Below, piece after piece: positions 39,106 through 49,655 of a stretch of DNA of 64,000 nt. The notes under the pieces were generated by a model. It was not told the origin of the DNA. It ran no database searches and saw only the letters and a list, made by a program, of their open reading frames with translations. Source of the stretch: an uncultured virus (IMG/VR IMGVR_UViG_3300003178_000005) (Duplodnaviria > Heunggongvirae > Uroviricota > Caudoviricetes); the IMG/VR virus record IMGVR_UViG_3300003178_000005; one strand, 5' to 3'. The number at the start of each line of letters is the position of its first letter. Position 1 is the stretch's first letter. A program made the translations under genes and the position numbers.

Positions 39106-39810
39106 TTACTTATTTGATGGTATCTCTACAGACGATAACCCAAGCTCTTTATGGCTCGCAGATTTTGTCAACATAGCATATGCAGTTCTGTCTGCTGGTC
39201 GAAAAACAAATGATATATCGAACAGTTTTAGTGGAGTGCCGCTTATTGCGTAGACTTTTCGTCCGTCATGAAGAACGGTGTTCATCATAAACTTCAAGTG
39301 TTCACATCTATTTGCATACGAGCCACGTGTCACATGGCCACATATAGAGCATGTCTCTGTTGGAGTATTGAGTCCCATCGACACAGATATCGGACGTCCT
39401 TCTTTGATATAATCTTTAAGGTGCCTAGACTTCTCAACTGGAACTTCTATTACAAGCTCTATTCTGTGCATCTTGTCATTATAGAATGCCTTTAGAACAT
39501 TTCCGAAGCTCTTGCTTGGGTCCTTGTTGTCATGATTCCAAAAGACTCCAGAATTCTCAAAAATCTTATAATATTTCTTCAAATCCTCTTCCTTAAAGTA
39601 ATCACCGTTACGGTTGCTTCCGTAAAATTCACCAGCAGTCATTGCTACAACAAGAAAGTACAAGTGGTCTTTCTTTGGCTTTAGCTTGTTAAAGTACTCT
39701 ACTGACTCGGCTGAAGCTTCTTTCCTTAGGAATTCGCAGCTATCAAAACAATGGTTTGTCGAACCTATCTTTATCTCATGTGCATTGTGTTGTATTTCTT
39801 TAAAAAGCAT
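39106..39810 (-). CDS. Prohead maturation protease (HK97/assemblin fold) with zinc-ribbon insert
   Basis: NRNGDYF, WNHD (His), SVSMG (Ser), CSICG..CEH, DISFV..PAD. Confidence 0.8.
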   Translation of the reverse strand: MLFKEIQHNAHEIKIGSTNHCFDSCEFLRKEASAESVEYFNKLKPKKDHLYFLVVAMTAGEFYGSNRNGDYFKEEDLKKYYKIFENSGVFWNHDNKDPSKSFGNVLKAFYNDKMHRIELVIEVPVEKSRHLKDYIKEGRPISVSMGLNTPTETCSICGHVTRGSYANRCEHLKFMMNTVLHDGRKVYAISGTPLKLFDISFVFRPADRTAYAMLTKSASHKELGLSSVEIPSNK

Positions 39811-39842
39811 ATGTTTTCCTGTGTAGTTGTTGTAGTATTATA

Positions 39843-40313
39843 TCATAACTGAAGCTCTATTAGTGCTCCACTGTTTGATGGTGTTGAGTCTGGATATATT
39901 GTCTTGTTTATCATTTTCTTTGCCCTTCTAAATGAATCACCGATAGAGAATGACATTACTCTCTCATCAGGATAAATATCATACATTCCAACACCAAGCT
40001 CAAGCATTCCTTTGTAATCTGGGACATCAATTCCGACAATATGATACTCCATATTAAATTTGTCTATAAAGTAGCTTGAGATAATCTTGCCTCCATACGC
40101 AGGGTAGTCATAATTTATTGTTTCTGAATTCATAAAATGGTCAACAGTGGAAAGGATACTTAGCTCATAACTATGGAAAAAGAATATTGCGGGGCTACTA
40201 TATGAACCATGAATATCTGTAAAAACAAAATCATAGTTATATTTTGGAACAGAGTAAATCCGATTAAGGTATTCAAGGTCTGTTCCTGTGCTAAAAAATT
40301 CATCTATAGTCAA
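39843..40313 (-). CDS. Hypothetical protein
   Basis: 156 aa ORF. Confidence 0.55.
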   Translation of the reverse strand: MTIDEFFSTGTDLEYLNRIYSVPKYNYDFVFTDIHGSYSSPAIFFFHSYELSILSTVDHFMNSETINYDYPAYGGKIISSYFIDKFNMEYHIVGIDVPDYKGMLELGVGMYDIYPDERVMSFSIGDSFRRAKKMINKTIYPDSTPSNSGALIELQL

Positions 40314-40325
40314 GCTACACCCTTT

Positions 40326-42590
40326 TTATACCGAAGATTTGGTATTTAAGTCAAAAATTGTTTTTGACAATTCAGCAAGAGAAGGGCCAGCTGATATTTC
40401 AAACAACATATTCCTATTGTCTTGCGATATGAATGGAACAAGATTTAACGCAGCAAAATCAACATATGCCCTAATCGGAGTGTATCCAACTGGTATTCCA
40501 TCCCATTGTGACGCTGTGTCTTCCTCTATTACACAATCAAGTGTATCTAGTATTCCGTCATCTTTTTCATATGTAAGTGTAGTTGAAAATTTTTCCGCAA
40601 ATTCGGATGCAGTGAATCTTGAAGCAAAGAATATTTCAATCTTTGTCTTTCCTTCTTCTAGCACTCCTCTAATTTCGTCTACATACAGCAGCGAGTCAAT
40701 CACATTATGGTTTTCAACCTCAAGTGATATATCTGAACCACCAATTCTGAATATTGGAACTATTTTTTTTGTTACATTATTGTTGTGGGCAAAAAAAGAT
40801 ACATTAGCCCCATTAAGCATTGAGTCAAAAATTTTAATCTGAGAGTTGCGTGAGCTTTCAAAATCGCCTTCAATTTCGCAATTTATTAAGTTAATGTTCA
40901 CTTTTGTTGACGCTAATGGCTTTGCGCCCAATTGTTTAATTTTTGAATTTCTAATTATTCCAGATATATTTTCAAGCCTATTATTTGAGTCATTTGTACC
41001 TATCTCGCAGTTGTCAATATCAACTTTTCCATTAAAAGACACTCCTTGTGTTTTAACATTTCTCATTTTTATGTTAGAAAATGTCATGTCTCCGACTGCC
41101 GCATATCCTGAGATGTACGTATTTGATATAACCGCATTCACGTATTCAATATTTTCTAGTGCATGACCTCTTATATGGCTATCATTTATTCTAACAAGAG
41201 AAGTTCCGGATACGTAACAGTCTACTCGCAGTAGATAGTTTGCGTCTATTATCTTGTTGTCAACGAATACAAACCTATTAAATTCCTGCAAATTGCCATA
41301 CACATGGACAAGACGCTCTGCGACATCTATCTCACAGTTTTCGAAAATTATTGGGCCTTTTAGCCTTGCTGCAGCCTGGTCCGGTCTTTCGAAAATCATA
41401 AAATGCTCACCACATACAAGCTTTGAATTCTTAAAATGTATTGTTTCATACGAATTACTCTCGTGCCCATAAGCATTTCTGTGATAAAAATGAAACGCCC
41501 TAGTATTTGAGTACAGCTCAGAGTCTATTACGTCTACTTTTAGTGGAGACATTCCGTATTGATAGTCAGTTGTATAGAAGTACATAACTCTTTCTGTATG
41601 CACAACTGAATTTCTTATATTTATGTAATTTTTACCATTTATATATGACCTGTTTCCCTGCTGGATAAATACCCTATCCCTAAATACAGCATTTGAATCT
41701 ATAATGTGTATCTCTCTGTTGTTTTGCCATTCGTAGTCGTTTGTACAATATGCTCTTAATCCGGTTCCTGCGTCAATTGTACATCTTTGCATATATAGAT
41801 ACATATGGAAATTTGTCCCTCCAGCACCGTTATCACGAGACATAATGCTTCCAGCTGAATATATGTCGCAATCATAAAACCTTACTCTCATATCATATCC
41901 AGTCCAATGCTGAACTATCGGAGCAAGTTCTGTATGTGTTCTGTAGTTTTTGACAACACAGTTATGAAAATTCAAATCACCTCTAGAAACAAACATGCCA
42001 TCTGTTGGACCATCTTCGCTAGTTATTTTTACATTTGCAATATTAACTTCACTGTCGCTTGCGCTTATATCAAAATGTTGCCCATATATATTCAACTCTG
42101 ATGTTTTGTCTGAATCGTTATCCCATCCGGCGTCTATTGCCTCCTGAGGCCTTGAATCATAATACGCTTCACCTTCGATTGGCCAAAAGATATAATCAGC
42201 ATATCCTACAGACTCAGTGTTTGCAAGACCAATATTTGCACCACGCCTAATCCATACTGTGTTTCTTTCCGTCACAGTGCCTTTTAGGGCGGAAAAAATC
42301 CAGTAAGCACTTCCACTTCTTTTTGCTGTTTGTGGCGTCAGCCCATCCCAGTTCTCATCGTCTATAATAAGCTCTTCCCCTGCTGTGCTTGCTGTAGTAA
42401 CAGCTCCAGTTAGAGTAATATCATTTCCGTTGATTGAATCTATTGTATACTTGACTCCAGCAAGCCAGACTGTCTGCCCTGCAGTAAAAATAGACCCATC
42501 TTCTACTGGTACCACTGCAGAATCTACTGCCACATCTGCTGTTGTTGCCGACTTCCATGGTAAAGTTGTATCGTGAAAATATACTGCCAT
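40326..42590 (-). CDS. Beta-helix tailspike/depolymerase-like virion protein
   Basis: DGLTP.TAK motif followed by many F.NC.I / I.NS.I repeats. Confidence 0.7.
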   Translation of the reverse strand: MAVYFHDTTLPWKSATTADVAVDSAVVPVEDGSIFTAGQTVWLAGVKYTIDSINGNDITLTGAVTTASTAGEELIIDDENWDGLTPQTAKRSGSAYWIFSALKGTVTERNTVWIRRGANIGLANTESVGYADYIFWPIEGEAYYDSRPQEAIDAGWDNDSDKTSELNIYGQHFDISASDSEVNIANVKITSEDGPTDGMFVSRGDLNFHNCVVKNYRTHTELAPIVQHWTGYDMRVRFYDCDIYSAGSIMSRDNGAGGTNFHMYLYMQRCTIDAGTGLRAYCTNDYEWQNNREIHIIDSNAVFRDRVFIQQGNRSYINGKNYINIRNSVVHTERVMYFYTTDYQYGMSPLKVDVIDSELYSNTRAFHFYHRNAYGHESNSYETIHFKNSKLVCGEHFMIFERPDQAAARLKGPIIFENCEIDVAERLVHVYGNLQEFNRFVFVDNKIIDANYLLRVDCYVSGTSLVRINDSHIRGHALENIEYVNAVISNTYISGYAAVGDMTFSNIKMRNVKTQGVSFNGKVDIDNCEIGTNDSNNRLENISGIIRNSKIKQLGAKPLASTKVNINLINCEIEGDFESSRNSQIKIFDSMLNGANVSFFAHNNNVTKKIVPIFRIGGSDISLEVENHNVIDSLLYVDEIRGVLEEGKTKIEIFFASRFTASEFAEKFSTTLTYEKDDGILDTLDCVIEEDTASQWDGIPVGYTPIRAYVDFAALNLVPFISQDNRNMLFEISAGPSLAELSKTIFDLNTKSSV

Positions 42591-42591
42591 C

Positions 42592-43008
42592 TTAATTTCC
42601 TTTTCCTAATTTATATTCTGACTCAATTATAGAGAATATTCCGTTCGTCTCGATTATTGTTGTGTTATCAACTGGAAGCTCTATTTTTTCAAAAGGGAAA
42701 AGGATAAATTCTCCACCATTAAAAAAAATCGAGTAGCTTTCAGTAGGACTTACATTCTTTATTAGTATTTTACCAGTTCCTTCATTAAGCTGATACTGCT
42801 CTCTCTGGTCGGATGTATTTATTGTGGAGACTTTTATTATCTTATTTATGAAGGGGTTTGATGTATCTGCAATTTTTTTTATATACAGAAAAGCCTTCAG
42901 AATATTTTCTGCATTCTTCAATACGTCTTCGAGATATGGAGACTGGTCCGTCTCTTCGAATACGATATCTTCTTCTAATGGCTTATCAATATCTGTCTCT
43001 ATAAACAT
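42592..43008 (-). CDS. Putative virion protein (paralog of 43008-43445)
   Basis: Shared LKNAEN..K.FLY..K and NG.E.I..P.EK.E.P motifs. Confidence 0.65.
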   Translation of the reverse strand: MFIETDIDKPLEEDIVFEETDQSPYLEDVLKNAENILKAFLYIKKIADTSNPFINKIIKVSTINTSDQREQYQLNEGTGKILIKNVSPTESYSIFFNGGEFILFPFEKIELPVDNTTIIETNGIFSIIESEYKLGKGN

Positions 43009-43445
43009 TAGTATTCCTGACTATTTTCTATAATATATGAAACTTGCCCATTAAGCTCAAGAGTATCACCTGCAACAGCAGGAGAAACCGAAGTATCTGG
43101 TGCAACAAGCGGAAACTCTGCCTTTTCTCCAGGCTGCATAATATATTCTTTTCCATTTATCTTTATCCCAGCATTATTCTGAGAAAAGTTATTTACGATA
43201 ATTTTGTTTGCACCGCTTGGAATCGAAATGGTGTTGTATGCTGAAAAATTAACTGTACCCATATCAAGTATTGTTCTTTTTGCAGGATACATGCTGTACA
43301 TTTTTCTAAGGTACAAGAACGACTTGTAGACGTTTTCTGCATTTTTCAATGTTGTTTGTACTGGAGGCGGGTTCCCGTCAATAGGTTCTAGAATCACATC
43401 TTGGTCTATTTGCTGGTCAAATGATGTATTTATTGCTTGTGCCAT
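43008..43445 (-). CDS. Putative virion protein (paralog of 42592-43008)
   Basis: Same shared motifs. Confidence 0.65.
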   Translation of the reverse strand: MAQAINTSFDQQIDQDVILEPIDGNPPPVQTTLKNAENVYKSFLYLRKMYSMYPAKRTILDMGTVNFSAYNTISIPSGANKIIVNNFSQNNAGIKINGKEYIMQPGEKAEFPLVAPDTSVSPAVAGDTLELNGQVSYIIENSQEY

Positions 43446-43457
43446 TTCTTAATCCTT

Positions 43458-44009
43458 TTAAAAGTATGAAATTATGTCGTTTTCTGCACACTCTTTTATT
43501 TTAACCGTGTTTGCAGAATTGTCTATCGTAATCATGTGTGGGTCGTTCTGGTTTGTAGTGCATAACACGCCATTAAGAAAGAACATCTTTAATGGCTTTG
43601 TTATTCCAGCCAAAGTCACGCTATTATTATCGCTTACATCAATGTTCTCTGCAGATACAACAACCGATGTTGGCGTGTATGATGGAATGTCAGTAGGGAG
43701 AACCTGCTGGATAATATTGCCTGACATAGTCTTGTATTGAAGTCTTTTTGTGTCGGTATTAAATGCTATTGTGCCATTTTCTTGTATAGAGGATAGCTCT
43801 TGCGATGTTCCAGTAATCGGAGTATATTTAAGAACCCCGTCTTTAATCATCGCAGACACAAAATCCTCGTTAGGGATATGTATGTTTTTATCTCCTGTTC
43901 CTATGAAGAATTTTTCTGTATCAATAGCGAATCCTGGCTCACGAGTTTGTAGTTTTATGTCTTTAAAGTCTTGTTCATATCCCCATCTTATCAGGAAAGC
44001 TTTAGCCAT
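43458..44009 (-). CDS. Fibre protein with Mtd-N/hyaluronidase-like N-terminal domain
   Basis: LIRWG..DF...L..REPGFA.DT.K.FIG. Confidence 0.65.
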   Translation of the reverse strand: MAKAFLIRWGYEQDFKDIKLQTREPGFAIDTEKFFIGTGDKNIHIPNEDFVSAMIKDGVLKYTPITGTSQELSSIQENGTIAFNTDTKRLQYKTMSGNIIQQVLPTDIPSYTPTSVVVSAENIDVSDNNSVTLAGITKPLKMFFLNGVLCTTNQNDPHMITIDNSANTVKIKECAENDIISYF

Positions 44010-44047
44010 GTTTTGCCCTTTCTTTTTATATAATTATATCATACTGG

Positions 44048-44845
44048 TTATGTGGCGTGCCACGTCATATTAACAGAAGGAATCCCTGTTAATGTCTGCA
44101 TTTTTGGAGTTATTGTCAAGATTGCCTTGTTCATGCTTCCATTTATTCCGAACGCAGGTATCTTGACTATCACTTTTGAATCGCTTGTTATATAGAGCGA
44201 GTAATACTGGTCGTCATAGTCAGACAGGTTAAGGTTTGTCTTTAGCACAAAAACATCACCAGTATCAGGGACCAAAATGTTTGCTGGGACAAAAAATATT
44301 CCAGGAAGTATTCTTGGAGCATCGGCAGACTCTATCAGGTTATCGCCTTCTGTTACAGTGAAATTAAAGAATTCAGTAAACATAAACTCATATACGCACT
44401 CAGTACCATCGTAGTCGCCTATCTCAAACTCGTAGTAGTATCCAGCTGCACCGCCATCAATAGGTGTGAGCGTCACGGCCTCTTTACCTGAGCCGGAGCC
44501 TCCGCCAAGACTATTAATAAAATCTTCCTCTGTTCCTATGTTTCCAAGACCCAGCCAGATATCATATGCAGACTCGCCGTCATCGCCAGCGAGAGAATTA
44601 AGGAAATCTTCTTCTGTTCCAGTATTCCCATTGTTTAGCCAAATTTGGTATGCAGAGTCGAAGCTCTCAAGCTTTGCATCTACAATTTCTCTTACTATGT
44701 CCTCTGTTGGAATATTTACATTTCCTTTTGTTGTTCCAAGATATAGCTTTTCTGTATCTGATGCAAAACCAAGCTCTCTGACCTGCAAATTGACAGATTG
44801 AAAATCTAGTTCAGTCCCTACTCTTAGTAAAAAAATCCTAGCCAT
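44048..44845 (-). CDS. Fibre protein with Mtd-N-like domain and two SAY.IWL..GN.GTEEDF.NSL repeats
   Basis: N-terminus paralogous to 43458-44009; tandem repeat typical of phage fibres. Confidence 0.7.
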   Translation of the reverse strand: MARIFLLRVGTELDFQSVNLQVRELGFASDTEKLYLGTTKGNVNIPTEDIVREIVDAKLESFDSAYQIWLNNGNTGTEEDFLNSLAGDDGESAYDIWLGLGNIGTEEDFINSLGGGSGSGKEAVTLTPIDGGAAGYYYEFEIGDYDGTECVYEFMFTEFFNFTVTEGDNLIESADAPRILPGIFFVPANILVPDTGDVFVLKTNLNLSDYDDQYYSLYITSDSKVIVKIPAFGINGSMNKAILTITPKMQTLTGIPSVNMTWHAT

Positions 44846-44868
44846 CTTTTTGTGCCTTTTGAGTTTAA

Positions 44869-44886
44869 TTTGATATAATTATACCA
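44869..44886. promoter_or_regulatory. Overlapping divergent extended -10 promoters
   Basis: TTTGATATAATTATACCA, identical to 6140-6157. Confidence 0.7.
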
Positions 44887-44906
44887 TATTAATAGTAGGA
44901 TTCGAT

Positions 44907-45533
44907 ATGGCAGAAAAGATAAAGATTGGAGATACATTTTACAAAGAAGTGTATGTCACAAGAAGAGATGAAGACGGAGAAGAAGAAGCTGTTGACCTGA
45001 CAATATATGATGATAATTATGTTGCAATCAAAAAAGACAGGATGGACCCAGACTCAGAAGCCTTACTGTTTATTGATGCGCCAATAAAGGGAGACCCAAA
45101 GGATGGTGTACTTGTTGTAAACCTAAGACCTGACGACACAGTCTCACTGCCATTATCTACAGAAGAATCACCATATTTGTACGGATTTGTACAAATAGGC
45201 AGCTCGATAACAGGAGAAGTCCACGAGGTTGCAGAATTTAAAATAAAAACTATCATGGGCGGTGTTCATCATATAACTCCAGTAGATAAAAGCTATGATA
45301 TGGGCTACATTGGAGAGTTGGTTGGATATATATTCGATGCCGGAAGATTGTGTGATACAGTTAGTCTTATTATAGATTTCGATGAAGAAAATATGGGAAG
45401 ACTTGTCTATAATGGAGGAAGTCTCACGAGTGGTGTCCTTGAGATATATGACCCAGGGAGTATCCTTGACATTCCTGAAACTACAGACCTCGGAAGACTT
45501 ATGGACTGCTATTTGCACCCTAGCCTTTCTTAA
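44907..45533 (+). CDS. Putative virion protein (BppU-N-like)
   Basis: IKIGDT..VDLT..AIK..G..V.L.P.DT; only plus-strand gene in this block. Confidence 0.55.
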   Translation: MAEKIKIGDTFYKEVYVTRRDEDGEEEAVDLTIYDDNYVAIKKDRMDPDSEALLFIDAPIKGDPKDGVLVVNLRPDDTVSLPLSTEESPYLYGFVQIGSSITGEVHEVAEFKIKTIMGGVHHITPVDKSYDMGYIGELVGYIFDAGRLCDTVSLIIDFDEENMGRLVYNGGSLTSGVLEIYDPGSILDIPETTDLGRLMDCYLHPSLS

Positions 45534-45805
45534 TCTTTCCATTTATGGCTCCTGAGCCAAAGGAGCCAGATGTTCTGCTTGCTCCTATTTCTCCGCCAAT
45601 ATTTGTAGATAGTTCACCAGCTAGCTCGCCCTCTGAGATATCACCATCTATCTCACCGTACAACTCTCCTTTAGAGCTTCCAGACACACGTGAGTCTTGG
45701 ACTACTATAGTTCTTGTCTTTTTGTCAATTTCGTTAAGCAGTTGTATTTTCAGCTCTCTTACTGCAATCGCCACCTCGTCTGCACAATCTTTTTCTGGAG
45801 GACAG

Positions 45806-46999
45806 TCATATGCTATCGCAAATTTCTGTTACAGTGATGTCCTTAAAGTCCTCTGCTGAATCTCCATAATCATCTGTTGCTATAACCTTAACTCTGTATT
45901 CTCCAGGTATAGAATATGCCATTTCGAGTGTCTGCTTGTCCTGGGCGCACCCACGATATATTAGCTTATATTCAGATGTTTGAGTGTCATTACATCTAAA
46001 GAATGGGTCTGGAAGCTCCGAATTTGCCGCCATATAGTATAGTTCCCAGCATATGTCTGACACTATTCCGTCAACATCTGCTGCATTCGCATTTGCAACA
46101 AAAATTTCCTTCCTCACTGAGTCTTGCTCTACTGTTAGGTTTACAGATGGAGGTTGGTTTGCTATAGATATCGCTTTTTTGTATACAAAACTATTGTCGT
46201 CAAACCCATCATTCCAATATATTACTTGTTCTGCGTAATACGTACCAAGAGAGTCTGAGGATGTAGTGTATGAATAATTTATGTCTGTATTTTCATCTAT
46301 AACTTCAATTATTGGAGAATTGTTTGAAAACGATAGGCCACCAACGGGAGAGTGATACTTTATTCTTATTGGTTTCTGACATTCTGAAGATAGTCCATAG
46401 GTAGATACAACAGTATGAACAACATTAAAGTCGCCACTACTGCTATATTGAGTAGAGTTCCCATCAGTATCACCATTACCGAAATCATAATTATCAGATT
46501 GGATATCAAGAAATCCAAAAATTGTCTGGCCATACCAATTTCTCCTTTGATAAAAAGTCTTACCAGAGTATGTCCACTGGTATGTTGTGCTAGCCCTACT
46601 AGTTGCAGAAACAGTTTCTTCCACCAGGGCTATAGACGGCAACAAGAAATCGCATCCTGGATTATGTGGAGGCAAAAGCTGAACATCCTGAACAGTATTA
46701 TCGTTCCCATCATATATAAAGACGGTTGCAGAGAATAGAAGCTCTTCATCGTTTCTTGTGCTTCCTCCTGTCCAAAAAACAATAACGAGCGCATCTCCTG
46801 AAGAAACAGAGCCAGACTGAGTGTTTAAATCCCCATCCCCATAGTTTACATTATATTGACCCTGCTCTGTTGTTCTTATATCGCTCCATTTGTCTATATT
46901 TGAACTGTATGCTTGGTATTTGCAGTCTATTATTTCGCCATTATTATTTACAACATTCCCTTGATAATTTATGTTTAGTGCCATTTTTATGTGCTCCAA
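45806..46999 (-). CDS. PKD/Ig-like domain virion protein; likely continues into 45520-45774
   Basis: YDFGNG..Y...G.F.V, NQPP.V, A.DVDG.V...W, PGEY.V.V..TDDYG. Confidence 0.65.
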   Translation of the reverse strand: MEHIKMALNINYQGNVVNNNGEIIDCKYQAYSSNIDKWSDIRTTEQGQYNVNYGDGDLNTQSGSVSSGDALVIVFWTGGSTRNDEELLFSATVFIYDGNDNTVQDVQLLPPHNPGCDFLLPSIALVEETVSATSRASTTYQWTYSGKTFYQRRNWYGQTIFGFLDIQSDNYDFGNGDTDGNSTQYSSSGDFNVVHTVVSTYGLSSECQKPIRIKYHSPVGGLSFSNNSPIIEVIDENTDINYSYTTSSDSLGTYYAEQVIYWNDGFDDNSFVYKKAISIANQPPSVNLTVEQDSVRKEIFVANANAADVDGIVSDICWELYYMAANSELPDPFFRCNDTQTSEYKLIYRGCAQDKQTLEMAYSIPGEYRVKVIATDDYGDSAEDFKDITVTEICDSI

Positions 47000-47066
47000 T
47001 CAAAAATAACACTATCTATATCAGGGACAACTGCAGACATATCTTTTGTCTTGACCCAGAAGCCAG

Positions 47067-47714
47067 TTATCTCCATGTTCCCAGAATCATCATAAACAAG
47101 AGGAAAGTTATTTGCAGTAGAAGGGTTTGTAACTCCTGGGATATAGCTTCTGAACTGTCCACAAAATACTCCTTCACCTTGACATCTTTTACTGGAATAG
47201 ATATAAGCTGCCACACATTATTCTCTATCTTTATATTACCTGATGTGCTGCAGTCAACATTTCCTGTGTTGTAGGGTATTCTGACGGGGAACGGCCTATT
47301 GTCAACTATTATTATTGACTTATCGTATCCTTCGACTTTGTGTGAGTAAAACCCATTTGTTAGCTCATCAAGAATTCCTGATGATATTGTAGCGCCAGAA
47401 TCCGTTATGTGCTCATATGGAATGCTTTCGCCTTCATTTACCCTGTAATAAATAAAAAATTTCTCTGGGTTTCCTACCGATATTACAATCGGCTGCTCTT
47501 TAAACAGGGCAAATACAGTGCAATCATAGTCCGGAAGAGTTACGTCTGTAGAATATAGGTTGTCGTCTACTTGCTGTATATTGGGTGTATACTGAATCTG
47601 CGAAAAGCTTCCATCGTTGAGAAGCGACCATAGCAAGCACTCGCTATTTGAACTGTCAGTCTTTGCAAATAATGTTACTTGTTCCGATAAGCTTCGTATT
47701 GCTGAGTGCTGCAT
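47067..47714 (-). CDS. Putative virion protein (frameshifted into 46987-47214)
   Basis: Beta-rich ORF with an overlapping continuation. Confidence 0.5.
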   Translation of the reverse strand: MQHSAIRSLSEQVTLFAKTDSSNSECLLWSLLNDGSFSQIQYTPNIQQVDDNLYSTDVTLPDYDCTVFALFKEQPIVISVGNPEKFFIYYRVNEGESIPYEHITDSGATISSGILDELTNGFYSHKVEGYDKSIIIVDNRPFPVRIPYNTGNVDCSTSGNIKIENNVWQLISIPVKDVKVKEYFVDSSEAISQELQTLLLQITFLLFMMILGTWR

Positions 47715-47725
47715 TTGTTTTCATA

Positions 47726-47917
47726 TTACTTTTTTTTGTCGAAAGCTCTAAACCACTTGCTTACGCACGACTGGCAAATATATATTTTAGAATCAAAAAA
47801 TAGACCCTCATCTATTACCTCTAAACATTCTTTGTTTTCTTTTCCGCAAATATCACACTTTTTGTCTTCTGCAATCTTTAATAACATAATAGCTCCTGCT
47901 TTTTTACAATTATACAA
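47726..47917 (-). CDS. Small zinc-finger protein
   Basis: CDIC..CQSC; AGGAG SD before the internal Met. Confidence 0.55.
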   Translation of the reverse strand: MYNCKKAGAIMLLKIAEDKKCDICGKENKECLEVIDEGLFFDSKIYICQSCVSKWFRAFDKKK

Positions 47918-47976
47918 TAAAAAACAATAAATATATCATTAAAGATGGCAGGAAGATAGTCTTCCAGCCATAGATA

Positions 47977-48481
47977 TTAAACAAATCCTCTGTAAGAAAC
48001 CTCTGCTGCCGAAATCCCAAGCTCAGTAAGGATATTGTCGAGCTTTGCTTGGGCGTCATCAAGAACCTCATCTGCGATAGTTACAGGGAATGCAATGTTT
48101 TGCATATTTACCTCAGGGTTGTCTACCACGATTGTGTAATCTCCAGCTGTTGGGATATTGATTACAACACGGTATATTCCAGTGTTTCCAACTTGAGTAA
48201 TAGCATCTCCAGTTAAAACATCCTCAACAAGTTTGCTCTTAAGATTTAGGTCTGTTCCATTAATGCTTTCTACATAGTACATATTTCCATTTGCATCACT
48301 AATGGTATCTCCGTCTTGGAAGCCAGTAGACAATCTCAGTGAAAGATGACGCTACATCAGTAACGGTTCCAGTCGCATCGTTTACATATGAGGCCTTAAA
48401 TCCAGATGCCACACCGAACAAGTCCCTATTTGTATCCACTTTTGCATAGAAGTCAGTTCCTGCTTTTTTGATAGTTGACAT
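47977..48481 (-). CDS. Putative virion protein (two pieces, deletion near 48330)
   Basis: 48299-48481 plus 47977-48333; followed by hairpin 47945-47971. Confidence 0.55.
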
Positions 48482-48493
48482 AGTTTTTACCTT

Positions 48494-49030
48494 TTATTTT
48501 TTTTTGCTTTGTGCACTTGATATTATATCATTTATTTTAGAGATTCTATAATCCGATATCCTCTCCCCGTTACATGCCTTCAGTGATATCTCGAACACGT
48601 CTTTTGGCGACATGTTTTCCGGTTTTACATATATAAAAGGTTCAACGTTGTATATTTGAAGAATCTTTGACACAAATTCAGAGCAAAACCATTTGTCTTT
48701 CTTATCTACGCCAAGTTTAATAACCTGTGACAGAAATATGCCGACCCAATCGTATTTACTTCCCATCTGGGAGTCTATGAAAGAATCGACAAGATTCTGT
48801 GTATGTGCGCACTTATTAACTGGGACCTCAACGTAGTGATATGCATCGGATAACGGCCTAAGCTTATGCCTAACCAGCCCCTTGCTGTTGTCTGCCTCTA
48901 TCCATTCTCCGTCTATTATTATCTCAACATGATAGTAAGGACTTCTTGTCCATTTTTGTATTATTTTTTGCTTTAATCTCGTCGAAAACCTGTCTGACAA
49001 TTTGTGTTTGAATGCTAATATTACTTTCAT
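48494..49030 (-). CDS. Permuted papain-like (NlpC/P60, YiiX/YebB-like) protein
   Basis: TRSPYYHVEI, G.KYDW.GI, KWFCSEFV, SP.D. Confidence 0.8.
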   Translation of the reverse strand: MKVILAFKHKLSDRFSTRLKQKIIQKWTRSPYYHVEIIIDGEWIEADNSKGLVRHKLRPLSDAYHYVEVPVNKCAHTQNLVDSFIDSQMGSKYDWVGIFLSQVIKLGVDKKDKWFCSEFVSKILQIYNVEPFIYVKPENMSPKDVFEISLKACNGERISDYRISKINDIISSAQSKKK

Positions 49031-49076
49031 TTTTTATTACCTTATTATGTCTGCGATACAAATGTCGCTAACATAA

Positions 49077-49655
49077 TTATACAGTATCTTTTCGATATAG
49101 CTCTGCAGACACTACAAGTACTAAATCTGGATTGTTTGTATCAGAATTAACTCTAAGCTGTGTCTTTAATTGCTTTGGGATTAGGGCAGTATCCGCACTT
49201 TCTATAATGTATCCAACAGTGTTGTCACCAATAATCATAACTTCATTAACGAATCTGTTTAGCGTTATGTCAATTGGATACATCATATATTTTCCAGTCG
49301 CAGAGTTATTCTCCACTACGTTACCATATTCGTCTATATCGTAATTCCCTGTATTTGTAGGAGACGGAAACATTGTGTTTGCAGGCAAAATAATCTCAAG
49401 CGTCATACTGTCTCCAAGTTTGGCATTTTGCCAAAGAATAACGCCATCTTTTAAATATACATCATCTATAAATTGAATTGAAATAAGCTTTTCTCCATCA
49501 GGGACCCCATTAACATACAGGTGCTCACCTTTTCCACGTATTCCGTTCTCTACATCATCTCCTCTTGATGTTATATAAAGGTTAGTGTCACCTTGCTTTG
49601 GCGAGGTAAACATTTTTCTTGTTCCGTCCCTCTGTATATAGAACTTCTGAATCAT
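49077..49655 (-). CDS. Putative virion protein
   Basis: 192 aa beta-rich ORF. Confidence 0.55.
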   Translation of the reverse strand: MIQKFYIQRDGTRKMFTSPKQGDTNLYITSRGDDVENGIRGKGEHLYVNGVPDGEKLISIQFIDDVYLKDGVILWQNAKLGDSMTLEIILPANTMFPSPTNTGNYDIDEYGNVVENNSATGKYMMYPIDITLNRFVNEVMIIGDNTVGYIIESADTALIPKQLKTQLRVNSDTNNPDLVLVVSAELYRKDTV